This document shows, one piece after another, positions 35,867-51,300 of a stretch of DNA of 64,000 bases; within the stretch, counting starts at the first letter, position 1, and each line of letters begins with the position of its first letter. Below the pieces are notes generated by a model. It was not told the origin of the DNA. It ran no database searches and was given only the letters and a program-made list of their open reading frames with translations. The DNA is from Nemertoderma westbladi (lineage: Eukaryota > Animalia > Xenacoelomorpha): assembly GCA_032718475.1 (NCBI GenBank), contig JAUCBJ010008926.1:1-64000 (forward strand), in the 5' to 3' direction. The position numbers and the translations under genes are program-made.

Positions 35867-36591
35867 TGATAGATAGTATTTTAGTAACAAAGCATTTTAA
35901 TAAACATTTAAAATTTGCCATAACTTTTGAGTATATTGATTGAATTTTACTCAAATCACGTGCCAACCTTTTTTAATTCAATGCACTTGCAACACACAAA
36001 AATATTTCATATTTTATTATATTACTTTTTTCGCCCGGAAAAAAGTTAAATCAATGCAATCCTATGGGTTACTGATTTTCCTTATGGAAAAAAGTACCAA
36101 TTTGAGGGTTCAGTATATTCGGGCGAAAAGTAACAATTTAAGAAAAAAACACATTGTTCAATACTATCAACCATTAATTCCTATTTAATATAAAATACTG
36201 CACTATTTACACAACTGATAGTGTCATTAAATACAAAAATGTAGTTAAAAAAAATATCTGTTGTGCTTCAGATATTATTAAAACTGTATGTATATACTGT
36301 AAATTTCTAGTACATAATATGCGTTTAAACAAGGAAATTAAATATTTGTAAACGTTTCTTAGGGTTTTCCAAATGCCATAGATGGCGTTATAACTTTTGT
36401 TGGGCACAGCTTTGCCAAGTAGGCAATGACGTCCCGTCCAGGTGGGATCGTTCTGGTGACCTACGGTTTGGAAGTCTGACGCTCTAACCATTCAACTAGC
36501 AGTTCAGGTAAAATTAGACTTGGAAAACCACCTGATACCGTGTATGTACCCACGCAATTTACCTCCTCATGGCATCCCATCGGTCAATTGG

Positions 36592-37440
36592 CATGCCCAT
36601 GCCGCCCATGCCCATACTCATTCCCATGCCGCCCATGCCCATACTCATTCCCATGCCGCCCATGCCCATACTCATTCCCATGCCGCCCATGCCCATACTC
36701 ATTCCCATGCCGCCCATGCCCATACTCATTCCCATGCCGCCCATGCCCATACTCATTCCCATGTCGCCCATGCCCATACTCATTCCCATGCCGCCCATGC
36801 CCATACTCATTCCCATGCCGCCCATGCCCATACTCATTCCCATGCCGCCCATGCCCATACTCATTCCCATGCCGCCCATGCCCATACTCATGCCCATGCC
36901 GCCCATGCCCATACTCATGCCCATGCCGCCCATGCCCATACTCATGCCCATGCCGCCCATGCCCATACTCATTCCCATGCCGCCCATGCCCATACTCATT
37001 CCCATGCCGCCCATGCCCATACTCATGCCCATGCCGCCCATGCCCATACTCATGCCCATGCCGCCCATGCCCATACTCATGCCCATGCCGCCCATGCCCA
37101 TACTCATGCCCATGCCGCCCATGCCCATACTCATTCCCATGCCGCCCATGCCCATACTCATTCCCATGCCGCCCATGCCCATACTCATTCCCATGCCGCC
37201 CATGCCCATACTCATTCCCATGCCGCCCATGCCCATACTCATTCCCATGCCGCCCATGCCCATACTCATTCCCATGCCGCCCATGCCCATACTCATTCCC
37301 ATGCCGCCCATGCCCATACTCATTCCCATGCCGCCCATGCCCATACTCATTCCCATGCCGCCCATGCCCATACTCATTCCCATGCCGCCCATGCCCATAC
37401 TCATTCCCATGCCGCCCATGCCCATACTCATTCCCATGTC
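36592..37440. repeat. 27-bp minisatellite, ~31 copies
   Basis: Unit CATGCCGCCCATGCCCATACTCAT(T/G)CC. Confidence 0.97.
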
Positions 37441-38089
37441 AACGTATTCTTTGAATTTTATTGGGAGAACTAGATGGAATAACATTTTGATTAACCGCCA
37501 AAGACAATTATGTGGGATTTTGTTCCAGTTAAATATGCCCTCTTTAGCAGTGGATCCAATCACAGATTAGATTCTGGCATTGGCCAATCGTATTGTATTA
37601 TCAATATGATATCTTAGCAACGGTTGCCAGGAAATAGTACACACCAATATCAGCTATTAACTGTCAGTTCTACCATAAATGATTGTTTCTCTTTTAATAA
37701 TACTATTTTGGTATTGTTATGTTTAAGTATTTTTTCCGCTTGCTTAATGTACTACAATGCAGGAGGTGTGTTGTGTTCCAAGAGACGATTGATCCGTAAG
37801 AGGAATTTACTTTTATTAATGTTTTAACATTTATTAACTTTTATTTAAACTTATTATTAAACTAATAAATTAAATTCAAAATTCATTATTAAACTTTTAT
37901 TAATTTTAAATTATTAAATAGAATTTACTGTCTTAAAACAATATTCATGGGATGTTCAATTGGACGAGATTATTCTCCAATAATTGGAAATCTATGTAAA
38001 ACCCCAATTAAATAATAACCCGCACTATATTGTGAACCCTACATGAACCATAAAGTAAACCACTGACATTGGTGGAATGCTAGAATCGG

Positions 38090-38420
38090 CCTGCTACAGT
38101 ACATTGAAACTGCATATTTAGATGCTACGCCAGCTTAACAAAAAAATTTGTCACCACTATGCAATCCAGAATCCCAATGCAGCGTGCATTAAGAATGCTA
38201 TGAGGGCTTATCAACAAAGTTTCAACGCCACAATTCTCTATCCCCCATGGCTTTCGCGAAATTATCCACATTTCAAGGCCAGCACCCTTAGGAGGCATCT
38301 CACGAAAGTTGTGGGCTGTTTACCATGGTTATTTTCTCCACGGGCTGCCAAATCACAATATGTGCACAGGCTGGTCCTCTCGGCGAAAACAATGTCCTGC
38401 AAAGCGGAGGCGGCGACCAT
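38090..38420 (-). mobile_element. Degenerate 3' fragment of the RTE-like LINE family
   Basis: CAATGTCCTGCAAAGCGGAGGCG (RLRFAGHC antisense) shared with ~26143-26165. Confidence 0.7.
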
Positions 38421-38704
38421 CCATAACTGCCATACTACTCCATAACATGAACCAGTTGGCTCTCGGGGTGGGCACCAAACCCTGGTTTACCAGTCCAATA
38501 CTTTCAACTACAGTATAGTGTGTACATCATAGTATAGTGTAATATATTAATGTTTGGTATATTTATATTAGTGCCTACTGTACCTAAGTTTGTACGAAAC
38601 TAATCATAATTATTATAATAGTAGGCCTAATTAAACAATAATTATATCATACTGTAGTAGCATAATATACAAATCACGCTGAATATTAAATCCTTTCAAC
38701 AATC

Positions 38705-41700
38705 ATGGTTGTCAAACGCTGCATCTGCGAAATATGTAACTGCGGGTAAGTTGATGTAAATATAAAAAATTTTTAATTTAACTACCGGTATTAAAATTAT
38801 TTGGAATTTAAGGAGGGGGGGGGGGGGGGGGGGGGGGGGGGTACACCATTTTGGTCCAAAATGTGTAGAGATTATTTTTATGATCTATTATAATGAACGA
38901 TTAAATGGAGTTTCCAAATCTGAAAACCGCTATTTAATAGCTCTTTTAGTTTATAACAGTTATGTAAATTTCCATTTAGGGATTCCTATTGAAATTACTA
39001 TTACTATGTGTAATTAAAGGTCGATTATCTACAAATATTTTTTTATGAAATTGTCAACTTCAAAACCCTACTGCTACTACTTCTACAATTTTTGAGCTGA
39101 AAAGTAGTCTGAAAATTTCTGTGGTGTCTACATAGCCACCCTGCATAAAATGTAATAATAAAAAAAATGTAATACTATTTATAACAAACCTAAAAAATTA
39201 GCATCAATTTGCAGTGCCACCTAGCGGTGCAGAATTATTTTTTCAAAATTTCGCCTGATAGTTATGTTGCCCCATCTTAGATCTATCATATAAAAAACTT
39301 TCATGTGATTAGATTCAGAACTGTAAAAGCCTTGGCGGCTTTAAGCGCAACCAAGTTTTTTTTATTGTTAACTAGTATTAACTAATATTAAATTTATTTA
39401 TTAATTAAATTAATTAAATTAATTGATATGGCCCCAATAGCTCAGTTGGCAGAGCGTGGGACTTGGAATCTCTAGGTACCGAATTCAATCCCCTATTCCG
39501 GTGAATGTTTTTTTATTGGTAGTAAGCCTTTCAAGGAGACATTTCATGCGTTAGTAGACGCGGACCTTTGCGCGATTTCGCGCTTGTTATAATTTAAATG
39601 CATCGATACTTTACAGTGGCATATTACACGAACGAACGTAATGAGTGAGTGTAGATAAGTTACGTGAATCAGCCCACTGTAAAGTTCTTTAGAATACCCT
39701 TGTTTGTAGATTTATTCCATAACTGTAACATAATAACTGGTATGCCAAAGTACGTTAGCTGTTATAAGGTTTACCTGGAATATTTTTCGGAATATTTATT
39801 AATAGTATCAGCCTTTGTTGCAGTAACCTCGACGATTTCAAGTTTCAGGTTCAGTTCCATTGTAAAGAAATGAAACTGACCTGGAGTTGTAAATTCTACT
39901 TTACTTCGCTATTTAATCTGTATATGTAATGTTGTCATCTTTATTAGTTACAATATGTTTCATAACTCACTAGAACTCGCTAATGATGGCGTCAAGTAAT
40001 ATTTAAAAATCGTGGTAATAACTATTTACATACTCATTTACCCCACCCCAACAGACATTTACATACTTGTGTGTAAAGTAGCACTTTACAGTGTGAGAAC
40101 GTAGTGAGTGAGTGAAAATAAAGCCACGAGGATCAGAACACTGTAAAGTACTTTGCAACAAGTATGTATGTAGTTTTATTCCAAATTTTAACATTACGAA
40201 ATGATTTTACATATACATTATATATTATTTATGGTGACGTTTGGAGCCATGTTATAATAATATAGCTAGGCCCTACTGGTTATTGTTATTAATAGCTATA
40301 CCCTGCCTACCGGTAGGTAATGCAGTAGGCCTATCTGGCTGTCAGGCAAATTTCCACCTACATTGTTTACGTGGTATCCAATGACGGCGTTAAGTAATGT
40401 TCCCATATTGGACATTACTTAACGCCGCCATGGGTTACCACGTAAACAATAACACCAAATACAATACTAAATGTACAGGCCAATACAATGCTGTAATGTC
40501 CTCTAAAGTTGTAAAATGCTAAAAACAACTCGCTGTTAGTTAATACTAACGGCGTTGAGTAATGTTACTATTTTGGAATAATAACTATTTACATCATTGT
40601 TTGTAAAGTAGCACTTTGTAGCACTTTGCAGTTATGACCGAGTTTATTTATGTACCGAGCGAGCGCAGCGAGGGTGGTTTACATCAATAAACAAGGGTCT
40701 TTAACGCTAAAAGGTGACCTTTGCAAGCAATGATGGATGTAATTTTGTTACATTATCTAAACTTATCAGCGTTCGGTATGTGAAGAAAGGATTTTATGGA
40801 TACTCATTTATACATTTTAATCATGTACTATATCGAATATAAGTGAAATTTATTAACAGGTACAAAGTATTAATTATACATTTATATCTAATTAAAGTTT
40901 ATTGGAAGTTATCTCCTATATGGATGTGATAATCATTAATCCATCTTGACTATAGTCGACTGAAGCAAACGTAGTCACCGTCTGTGTCCGTACAGTTTTA
41001 CTGAACACTGTCGTCACTTTCTTTGGTCATTTTCTCTAAGTGTCTTCTATTGGACGTTTCGCCACAATGGATTACAGTACACGTTAAACAATTATTTACA
41101 TACATTAGCTAGTCCCGTCACTGCAAACTGGATAATAAAGCAGCACTCATTAACATAAATGGAAATAATACATTCTGGAATACGGTAATTGAAGTTGTTT
41201 CCATGTCATTGATTACTTTGCAGCGTTCCGTCCTATAGGCCGCAACGCTGCAAAGTAGTACAGTACTTTGCAGCGTTATGAGTAATTCACCAGAACGCTG
41301 TTAAGTTGACATAATGTAACAAAATATATATTTATTATATTGTATATGAATTATCCAATAATTCATATAATGAATGTAAAAATAACAATTCAAATAATAT
41401 TGCAGCCATTAGCTTAATTTATAATGTAAATGAATTTTCACAACGGTGTTGCTAGGCGACTACAGTAATTAAACATTTTATCGATCTGTGTTTTTGTTCA
41501 TAGCTAATTTGTATTTTAATTTCTAGCGCTGGCAGCTTTTACTTAACTACAAACCCTGTATGCGATAATAGTCGAGGCGTACTTATTTACCATTAATTAA
41601 TTTTGCATACTAATTTTTATCACAATATCGTGTTCTTAAATCAAGACGTTTATCGTTGGATTCAATTAAAATTTATTGAGCATTTTAAATTAGTTTTTGA

Positions 41701-44700
41701 AATTTTGGAACGATTTTTAAAACATACAAAAATAAATTGTGTATTTAAAAATTAATTTGTTGAGTTATGACTGCAGTATATCATAATATTTGTACCGTTA
41801 ACCCAGACACGGTAGCTAAAAGAACAGTGGAAAAAATGTCTTGAGGTACAATAATTATTTGAAACTATCATGTCAAGAAATATTTAGCTAAGTTAGCAGC
41901 AATAGGCTGATGAATATGCTGGTACATAGCATTACTGTGACCCTGGGGGATGAGCTTATTAAACTGTCAGAATGCGAGAGAGCCTGGGACTGGTTTTAAT
42001 AATAATCATACCCTAGTGCAGTGCCATATGCTGACAGTCTCATGTCACTCCAAGTAAGCTAAGTGGGAGTGTAAGCAAGCTACCTAAGCTATATTGCAAT
42101 ATTATTATTATTATTAAACAGAAAATGTAATCAAACTGCTTGAATTACATATTATTGTATTATGCATACAGTAAAACCAAATTGTAGGCCTACATGGACT
42201 ACACACTGTACTAATAGGGTGGTCTAACCGTTAGACTAGGGTACATAGCGTATATTGACTATTTGATTAATTTTTTTAATAATAACATAATAATTTTTAA
42301 TAGTTTAATAACACGAAGCAAAACTAAAATTATTGTTCGTAAAAAGTCCGGCGTTATTCCAAATTTAATCTAAAATAATTGGCAATTATGGTAATCCGAC
42401 GTTGTATTTGTGAAATTTGTACATGCGGGTAAGTGATATTAATAGCGATAAAATCATAGAATTATCTATGTATTATTTCATATAAAATTTAATATTATCT
42501 GATTTAGTTGTTATGAGTATAGTGTATATTATTGTGATTTGTTTTTATGATTATTTGTTTTTATTTGTTTTTGTGTTTTGATATTGTTATAAAATCAATC
42601 AATAAATTCTGTCCATAACTATCCAATTTGGTACACTCCACTTTGTTACATTTTATCTGAATATACTTTTTAAAAAGCAAATTTTTGAATTCTTTTTGGA
42701 AATATACTTGAACTTGTTAGAGTTTATCTATTTCAATTAAAATGATATTCTATAGATTAATTATTTTTTGTAAATATGGGAGCCAATATGTATTATATTA
42801 TATTATCACGTGTTATTAATTATCTTACCGACTTTACGAGTAAATTCTGTGCGGTTGGACAGCTTGCGGTGCTAAATTATTTATAATAGTGTGTTGTCAA
42901 TAAATATCTATCTATATTCTATCTATTGAGTTCGGGTTTGGGTTACGGTTAGGATTAGGGTTAGGTTTGCTAATATAAAAAAATAAATTGAAAAATATGT
43001 GAAAAATAGTTTAATTTAATTTAGCTAACATAATATGAACTACAGTAAACCAGTTTCAAAAATAATTATACTGAATATTACGTGTATATATAACGTAGAA
43101 CATTTTTTATATTCTCGAGGCATTTTATTTACCGAGCGCCAGCGCGGGTAATAAACAGGTCGATCGGGAAATAACAAAACGAGGGCCCTAAAAGCTTTAA
43201 AGTGCTTTATGAACAATGGCGAATCTAATATTATTTATTTGTGTGGAAGAATTTGTCATTATCCATATATTATTTAAATATTCTAGAACATCCTTTTAAC
43301 TTGAAAGCACGACTGACATTTTAATTATAAATACTTTCTTATCATGCGAAGTTAGCGTAGTGGGTAACACGTTTGGTTATGAATATAATGGTCTTAGGTT
43401 CGATTCTTAGTAAATCAATTTTTGTAAGTTTTAGAATTGTAAAATATTTATAGTGTGTAGGCCTATTGCCTATTCAGATGAAGTCATGTGATTATATTTA
43501 GAATGACGCGGTGACATACTGGAAATATATAGTAAATGAATGGCGTAGGAGAGGGGGATACTGATAAATATCTCGCACTGCGATATAAAGTCGATTATAC
43601 TAATGGGGATTCGTTAGTGCGAAGTTAATTCCAAACAAATAAATAAAAATGTTCTACATCACCTTTTTTTCCCTAGTAATACGTAATTTTGTTCTTAAAT
43701 TGGTACATTTTTGTTGCTCAATTATTTAATAAAGGATAGAACGATATAGTGTTAGACGAGGTGAGGCAATCGCGCGGCACGTGACATAAAGCGTCTTATG
43801 TTAAGTGTCAACTCGAATGAATTATAAGCTATAGCTAAGCATATATACCAATAAGCTAAGCATATATCCCCCAATCACTTTACCACCAAGAGGCAGACAA
43901 AAATACGAAAGAGCTTCGAACGTTTTCAATTCAGATATTTTTAAAATGATTTCTTTTCAGCTCACTGGCGGTACAGCCTGGAGAACTGAAGAGGGATTAC
44001 TGTCCCAACAAAAACGAAGCCTGTGTCTACAGTCTAACATGTAGGACTAGGCCTACATCTCCCAAGTTTCAACTTGAACGGATAACAAAATTACGAAATA
44101 AGATAAGGTTTTCACTTTGAGATATTTCAACCTCTAGCAGCAAACTTTAGAAGTCTAGATGGAGTGCCGACCCATAAAGAAGCAGCCATTTTTCTAGTAT
44201 ATGCCAAGATTCAGCTTAAGCGAATTAATATCAAGAGGAGAAGGTTATCACTTTCGTACACTTCGACCTCTATCGTCAGACTGGAGATAAGGTAATCGGC
44301 AGACCGATTACCGACCGCACAAAGAAGATGTGTTCTAGTACATATCTGACCAGTTTCAGCTTGAACGGATCATAAATAACGGAATGGGTAAAGGCTTTCA
44401 CTTTGAGACTTTTCGCCCAATAGCGGCAGACTAGAGAACTGCAGACGAATGACCCTCCTTTGAATGGCACAGTAAATGAAATAGAACAATTCTGCCAAAT
44501 TTCAGCTTGAACGGATTAAAAGCAAATAAATGGAAGGACATTTAGCGTTTTGACATGTAGGCCTAGCCCTCTGCGGGAGACTGTTACACTGATGGTGTCT
44601 GAAAGTCTCTAAAAATCTCTACCTGTTCAACTTATTGATGCCTACAAATTTTCAAACGACAACGACAACAAAAATTAACCCACCCCCCTATCAGTGTCAA

Positions 44701-45339
44701 CTCCGCCAACTTCGTCGCTCACCCCACAAAATAAGTTGACTATATTGCTTCCATAGTTACTGCTATTCAAATTATTGTACTCTTCAACTCTCGATGTTGC
44801 CTTACTCAATGTTAAAATAGTTTTGTGTTCTCGAATATTTATTACGTAACTAAAGAGCCGCTTAACTACCGACATAACACAATATTGGATATTGAGTTCC
44901 GTGCAATAACTTTTGAATGTTTGAATGGATTTTGCTCAAATTACTTGAATCTACTCCGATGCTCTTTCAAAAACATGTAATAAAATTTAGGAAATTCCAC
45001 CAAAAATATTTTATTTTATTTTACTTTTTTCGCCGAAAAAAAAAGTAAATTGTATGCAATCCTATAGGTTACTTTTTCCCTAGGGAAAAATGTACTTCTT
45101 TCTTCCGATTTTGGGTCGATATTCGGTCGAAAAAGTACAATTATTTAAGAATAAAATTCCTAAAACATTTCCTAAAAAGTAGCAAAAACTACCGGGTAGC
45201 AATAAAAACTGCCAAGTGGAGTTCACCACATTCCCTCAAATTCCATTAAAGAATTTTGCTTGTGGGGCGAGCCACGAAGTTGGCGGAGCCTTAGCGAATT
45301 GACACTGTTAGGGGGTGGGTCAATTTATGCAAATAGTTG

Positions 45340-45371
<32 letters not shown>

Positions 45372-48300
45372 GTCGTCGTCGTTACGATTTTGACATGCTA
45401 ATAACTTTGTCGGATTTAAAGCTGCCAAGTTGAAAATTTGTAGGTATCAATATGAGCAAAAGTTGAGATTTTTGAGAGACTTTCAGACACCATCAGTGCA
45501 ATGGTCTCCCGCTAGAGGGCCACATGTCTAAACATTAAATGCCCTCCCATTTCTTTGCTTTTAATCCGTTTAAGCTGAAACTTGGCAGATATGTATTAGA
45601 CCATTAGCTGTGACTTTCAAAGGAGGCGAATCCATCTGCAGTTCTCCAGTCTGCCGCTAGAGGGCCAAAGGTCTGAAAGTGAAATCGTTGTCGTCGTTAC
45701 GATTTTGACATGCTAATAACTTTGTCGGATTTAAAGCTGCCAAGTTGAAAATTTGTAGGTATCAATATGAGCTAAAGTTGAGATTTTTGAGAGACTTTCA
45801 GACACCATCAGTGCAATGGTCTCCCGCTAGAGGGCCACATGTCTAAACATTAAATGCCCTCCCATTTCTTTGCTTTTAATCCGTTTAAGCTGAAACTTGG
45901 CAGATATGTATTAGACCATTAGCTGTGACTTTCAAAGGAGGCGAATCCATCTGCAGTTCTCCAGTCTGCCGCTAGAGGGCCAAATGTCTGAAAGTGAAAT
46001 CGTTGTCGTCGTTACGATTTTGACATGCTTATAACTTTGTCGAATTTAAAGCTGCCAAGTTGAAAATTTGTTTTGTTGAAAATCAGTTCAACAGTCACCC
46101 GCTATAGGACTACTTTATGCCTGAAAGTGAATAGATTCTCCCGTCTCATTGATTTTAATCAGTTTAAGCTGAATCTTGCCATATATTCTGGACCACATGC
46201 TGCGTCTTTGTGGGGGGGGGGGGGGGGGGGGGGAGATTTAATCGGTCTGCCGCTATACGACGAAATTTCTGAAAGTGAGATCCGTCTCTCATTTCGTTAT
46301 CCGTTATTCAAGATGAAACTTGGCCGATGTACGTATGTACTATTCATCCATAGGCTGTGTCTTTGTGGGGCTGGAGACCCTAATCCATCTTCCGTTCTCA
46401 CTATACCGCTAGAGTCAGAAATGTCTGAATAGAAATGAAAGAGGTAAAAAGTGATTAGGCGAAATCTGCTTAAAATTTGCTAATACAGTAATACTTTCGA
46501 ATTAGTACTTAAATTAAATTTAAGTCACGTGCTGCGCGAAGGCCCCACTTCGTGTTTAACTATATTTTATTATTAATACTATTTAATGACGTGACATTTG
46601 TTGCCTTCTAGACGCCACCGCTGCCCACTGCATCCCAAGGCCGCTATTAAACCATCCGGAGAGGTTTGCAAATACACCGAATATGTAGACAAGTACAAAG
46701 CCTACCCAGGGATAATGCCGCCTCCGTCGATGAGGCCGAAGAAAGACTTAGCTAAGTCCGACGCTCCAATGGAAGGAGATACAACCTCCAGGTCGGTGTC
46801 AATGATTCTACATTGTCATTTCTGGAAACTTGTAAACACCATGTACAGTACAGGGGTACACGTACAGTCAGTACCCCAATAATATTAATTCAATTGTATG
46901 GAAGGATTGAAAAAATATTAGATAATGTAGGGAGAAACAATATTCTAGAACATGATAATTAATGTTCTAGATCATAATTTTGAAAAATTTCTATAATATT
47001 AATTTAGAGAAAATTTCATTTAATATTATAGATATGATTCATTTTATAATTAAGCGATTTTAATAGAATAAAAAGTCAAAAGAAAAAATATTGTGAACAA
47101 TATTTTTGTTTTGACTTTTTATTCTATTTAAATCGCTCTAAAATTGTTCTAAGTCTAGAACTCTAGACTTAGAACAATTTTTAGAATCCGAAGAGCATAC
47201 ATGTCGGGCTCATTCCATGAAAAGGTCTCACATATATTCATCCTTTGGAATGAAATGTATGTTAGCCATGTAAAGTCCCATACTTTACCAAAAATAGTGA
47301 CATTTTTAGTTTATTCACAGAGAAGTAACTCAGCCTAAAGACCCAATGGAATGCAAAGAACGTTGCGTCATCTTAAATAACAATTAATTGCTTAATTACA
47401 AAATGTTTTTATATCTTTTTCAACACTTTTATTTTAGATAAAAATAATCTAATGAATTTATCAATTAAAATAAAATGTTTTGTTTACATAAAATATAATA
47501 ATATAAATATCACCTTTATACTATTAATTTCCGTTGGGTGAGTTTAAATCTCCCGCCATCAGTTTCAGCCTCATATCGAGGTCGTACGGGTCGTCCTCGA
47601 TACTAGCTGATTCCTGATTGGTTGGCTCCAGGGCAACCTTCTCCATGGTGATGAGTCTTCGCGACATGTGACGACTGAGTATCTGTTCGTTGTTTGCGAT
47701 CAGTCGGAGGCCAGGGTGTCTGGGGATCTGGGCTGGGGAGTAGGTGGGGCGATACACCGGTAGCCAGTAGACCAGACGACCTCCCGGCACCAGGGTCGCG
47801 TAGGATAGATTGAGGAGCGAAACGAGGATGGAAGACAGCGAGAAACGAACCTAAATAATAAATAGTACAATAAGAAGGAAATGTTAAGGGGGTGAAGGGA
47901 TATAAACTCAATGTTTATTTACTTTATTTTATTTACTTGATATATAAAGTGCTAAAATACGAAAATTGCAATTTTATTCGAAAATGTAAGGATTTAATTT
48001 ATTGCGATATGATTTTTAAATAAATGGAAAGTGGTTCATAAATAAATGAAATTGTAACTAATAATATAATTAAATTGGTTTATAAACTCAATTAGTTATT
48101 ATTGTTGTCAACTTTGTCCCGGATTTAATTATTGGTCTTTTTCTCCGACGGAATTATTATGTTCTAAATTAAACAAATTCCTTTTAAATAATTAATCATT
48201 CTCTTCTCTTCCTTTTAATTTAGTTTATTATTTAAAATTTTAATGTTAAAAATTCAATTTCCTTATTATTCCCCTTTGGTAGTTGAGCAGTATACAGAGA

Positions 48301-51300
48301 GTGCTGCGTTATCACAATAATTCCTGTATATCATTAAGAAAACGTATTGAGAGAAGGCATACCGGTAATGTGTGTGGGTCTACTGTTAGATACAGTATAC
48401 AGATTGACGGCGTGATATGGAGTTATACATTCTCACCCGATTTCTAAAGTATTCTCAACTACCGCATAAAGTATTCTCACCCGCAGAATAAAGTATTCCT
48501 TCACGTCGGAAAAAGCATTGTAAGACGGCGTATAAAGTTATCTCACTCGCCGAATAGAGTACTCTAAGCGGATGTATACAGCATTATAACCAGCCAAATA
48601 AAGCATTTTAAACCGCCGTATAAAACAATATTACACGACAAATAAAATATACGCACCCACAGTAAAAATCATTCTACGCGGCTGTATAAAGCATTCTCAT
48701 ATGCCGAATAAAGTTTTATCGCTGCCGTATAAAGTTAGGCATTTTATAGACCCACCCGCACCCGCTCTATCCGATTATGAGTTACATAATATTTCCAATT
48801 TCGAATGAAATATGGAAATAAAGTAAAATTACCTTACTGGCGTAGCTCGCTGGTTTATCGATGTCGGAGACCCCGGTTCCGATCCGTTCCGATCGCCCGG
48901 GTCCGACTCCGATTCGAGCCGTCGGTTCCCGGACGCCGTACGGCGGGTCGGCGATCACCGCGTCGAACATCCCCGCGAGGGGCGCCCTCACACCGAGCCG
49001 AGCCACGTCGGCGACGACGAGATCGAGCAACCGCCCCTCGATCCCGTAGTCCCGCATACACGTGGCGAGTCGCTCGTCCGGGGGCCTGCGACGCGGCGCG
49101 CCGCTCCGGGTCGCCGCTAGAGGCGCGCCGTGGACGGCGTTGTACGAGAGATCGGCACCGCAGACCGCGGCGCCCCAATGCGCGGCCGGGATCAGCAACC
49201 CGCCGGTTCCGACGAACGGATCGAATACCAACCGCGAGGAGTCGGCGAGTCCGAGGTTCGAAGCGATAAACCCTAGTTCCGGGTCCATCGACGTCGTCCC
49301 GATGAAACTACGAGTTTTCAGAGAGTAACGAGTTAGCAACGAGCGTCGACAACTCTCCCCTAGCAACCGACCGAAGAAAACTCGTTTAGATCGCCCACTA
49401 GCGGCTACAGGGTGATACTCGATCCATACGAACCGAGTTGTTGCATTGTTTAAATCCACAGATCCCTCTAGAGGAAGGAATATAAGAAGCGATTCAACAG
49501 TCTTTAGTTTCTCTTCCGCTGTCAATCGTTTGCCCACGGCGAAAACGTCTATAGCGAAACTGGAAGCCTCGTGGTACAATCTAAGGAAGTTTTCGTTATT
49601 AAGGGTTTCTCGTATTTTATTTAGAACTTCGTTATTCGAACTTCCTTCAGCTATTATCTCGTAGGCGTGTTTCAATAGAATTGTTCTAGATAGAATTAAC
49701 TGAATATTTTTAATCCATTTTTCTCGTCCGGTGCATGTCAACATCAAGAAGGGGCATTTATCGTCTTCTTTATCCCTGGATATCTCAACGGGTGAATTTA
49801 AGTTGAATAATTTAAGTATCGATTCCAGTTCGCTAATGTAAAAGTCGCAGTGGTTCCCGCAGTAATGAAGTAACGCTTTCATACTTCGGTTTGAGTTGAT
49901 ACCGGTATTCCTTGTGACCCCGCTCGCGGTTTTTCCTACTATTTGGCTAATATTACGGGAGTGGAATAATGGGATAAAATGGCGTAAGAAGACTACGTTC
50001 CACATCTAATTATTGATATTATTCCTTTACTTTATTAAAATTAAATATACATGAATAGGCTCTCCGGCATGTAATGTGGAACTTCACTATTATTTGAAAA
50101 TCCCGCTAATTACTAATATATGAAAACTAAAGCTGATTGGCCTGGAGTGTAGCAGCCCTTGTGTTTCCATGTGAAAACATTTAAGGGCATTAAAATATAG
50201 TTCACATCCGCAATGGAAGGTTTCTTATATCTGGTCACTAAGTTTAAATTAAATTAAATAATTTGCTGTAATTATAAGGAAATAATAATTAAATAACCTA
50301 CGTAAACATAGAGGTAGGCATAAATAACTGAGCATTTTTGAAGGATCTCGGATAAACAGTAAAAAATTAATAATCTTTCAGTTTTGATGAATATTATATA
50401 CCACCTTAAATAATTTAGGTGGCCAATCAGTTAAGTAAGACATCATTAACTTTTTGAGTTTTATTAAATAACCACTTTAGTGAAATAATATTTCCAAAGA
50501 TACACCAAATTACAAATTTACGATGATGTATGTGACACTGCTCCTTCATATTATCAAACATAATATTTGGAATAACCCAAATATTATTTAAATTGTCAAA
50601 ACAATAAAATTTAAATTGTGAAAAAATTTCATCGCGATTTGTGAATACCCCCCAGGAAACTGATTGTATTTCTCAAAAAATACAATCTTAACACACAAAA
50701 TCAATATTTCACCCAAATTTGACATATCCATCAAGGTGTTGTTCGTGATATTGACGTTACAAACATTGAGCGGTTGAACCACAGGGACAGCTGTACTGAG
50801 GGGCTAGGTGCATATGTATATGGACTAGGAATTAGGGTATGTACATTATTTACAATGTAGATAATGTTATTATGTTTCAACCCTACCGCATGGGCTAATG
50901 GGGACAATAACCTCCAAACCAAACACAAACCACCAGCGCACCAGGTTGGATTCTTGTACGGACTGTATAGTAGCTCAGCAACACGTTTCAACTCCTTGAT
51001 TGAAATGAAGCAGCGAAACCCTCAATAAAGTCAAATTCAAAATAGCCAACTTCTTTAACCCCCTAGATGCGTTCGGCTAATAAAATATTGCTCTGGATGC
51101 AAATTTGGTAAAAAATGTTGAGGTGACCCAATGCGCCCAAATCAACCACTGCCTTTCGAATAGCCGATACGGGATACTATTGAGTGAGTACAGCCGCTCT
51201 TCTTGTGCATCTTAAGAACTAATAACTCCACTCCTATTTTTGATGTTGTCTACCCCCAATAAAACGAAGTTTGCGAATCTGAGGCGGTCTGTAGCCTACG

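Noticed and set aside
42930-42968. Telomere-like TTAGGG tract
   Set aside because: Only a few degenerate units; an interstitial simple repeat.
43347-43412. tRNA-like sequence
   Set aside because: Degenerate A/B boxes without stems; at most an old SINE relic.
48805-49664. Overlapping ORFs on other frames of TRMT11
   Set aside because: Shadow ORFs caused by high GC content.
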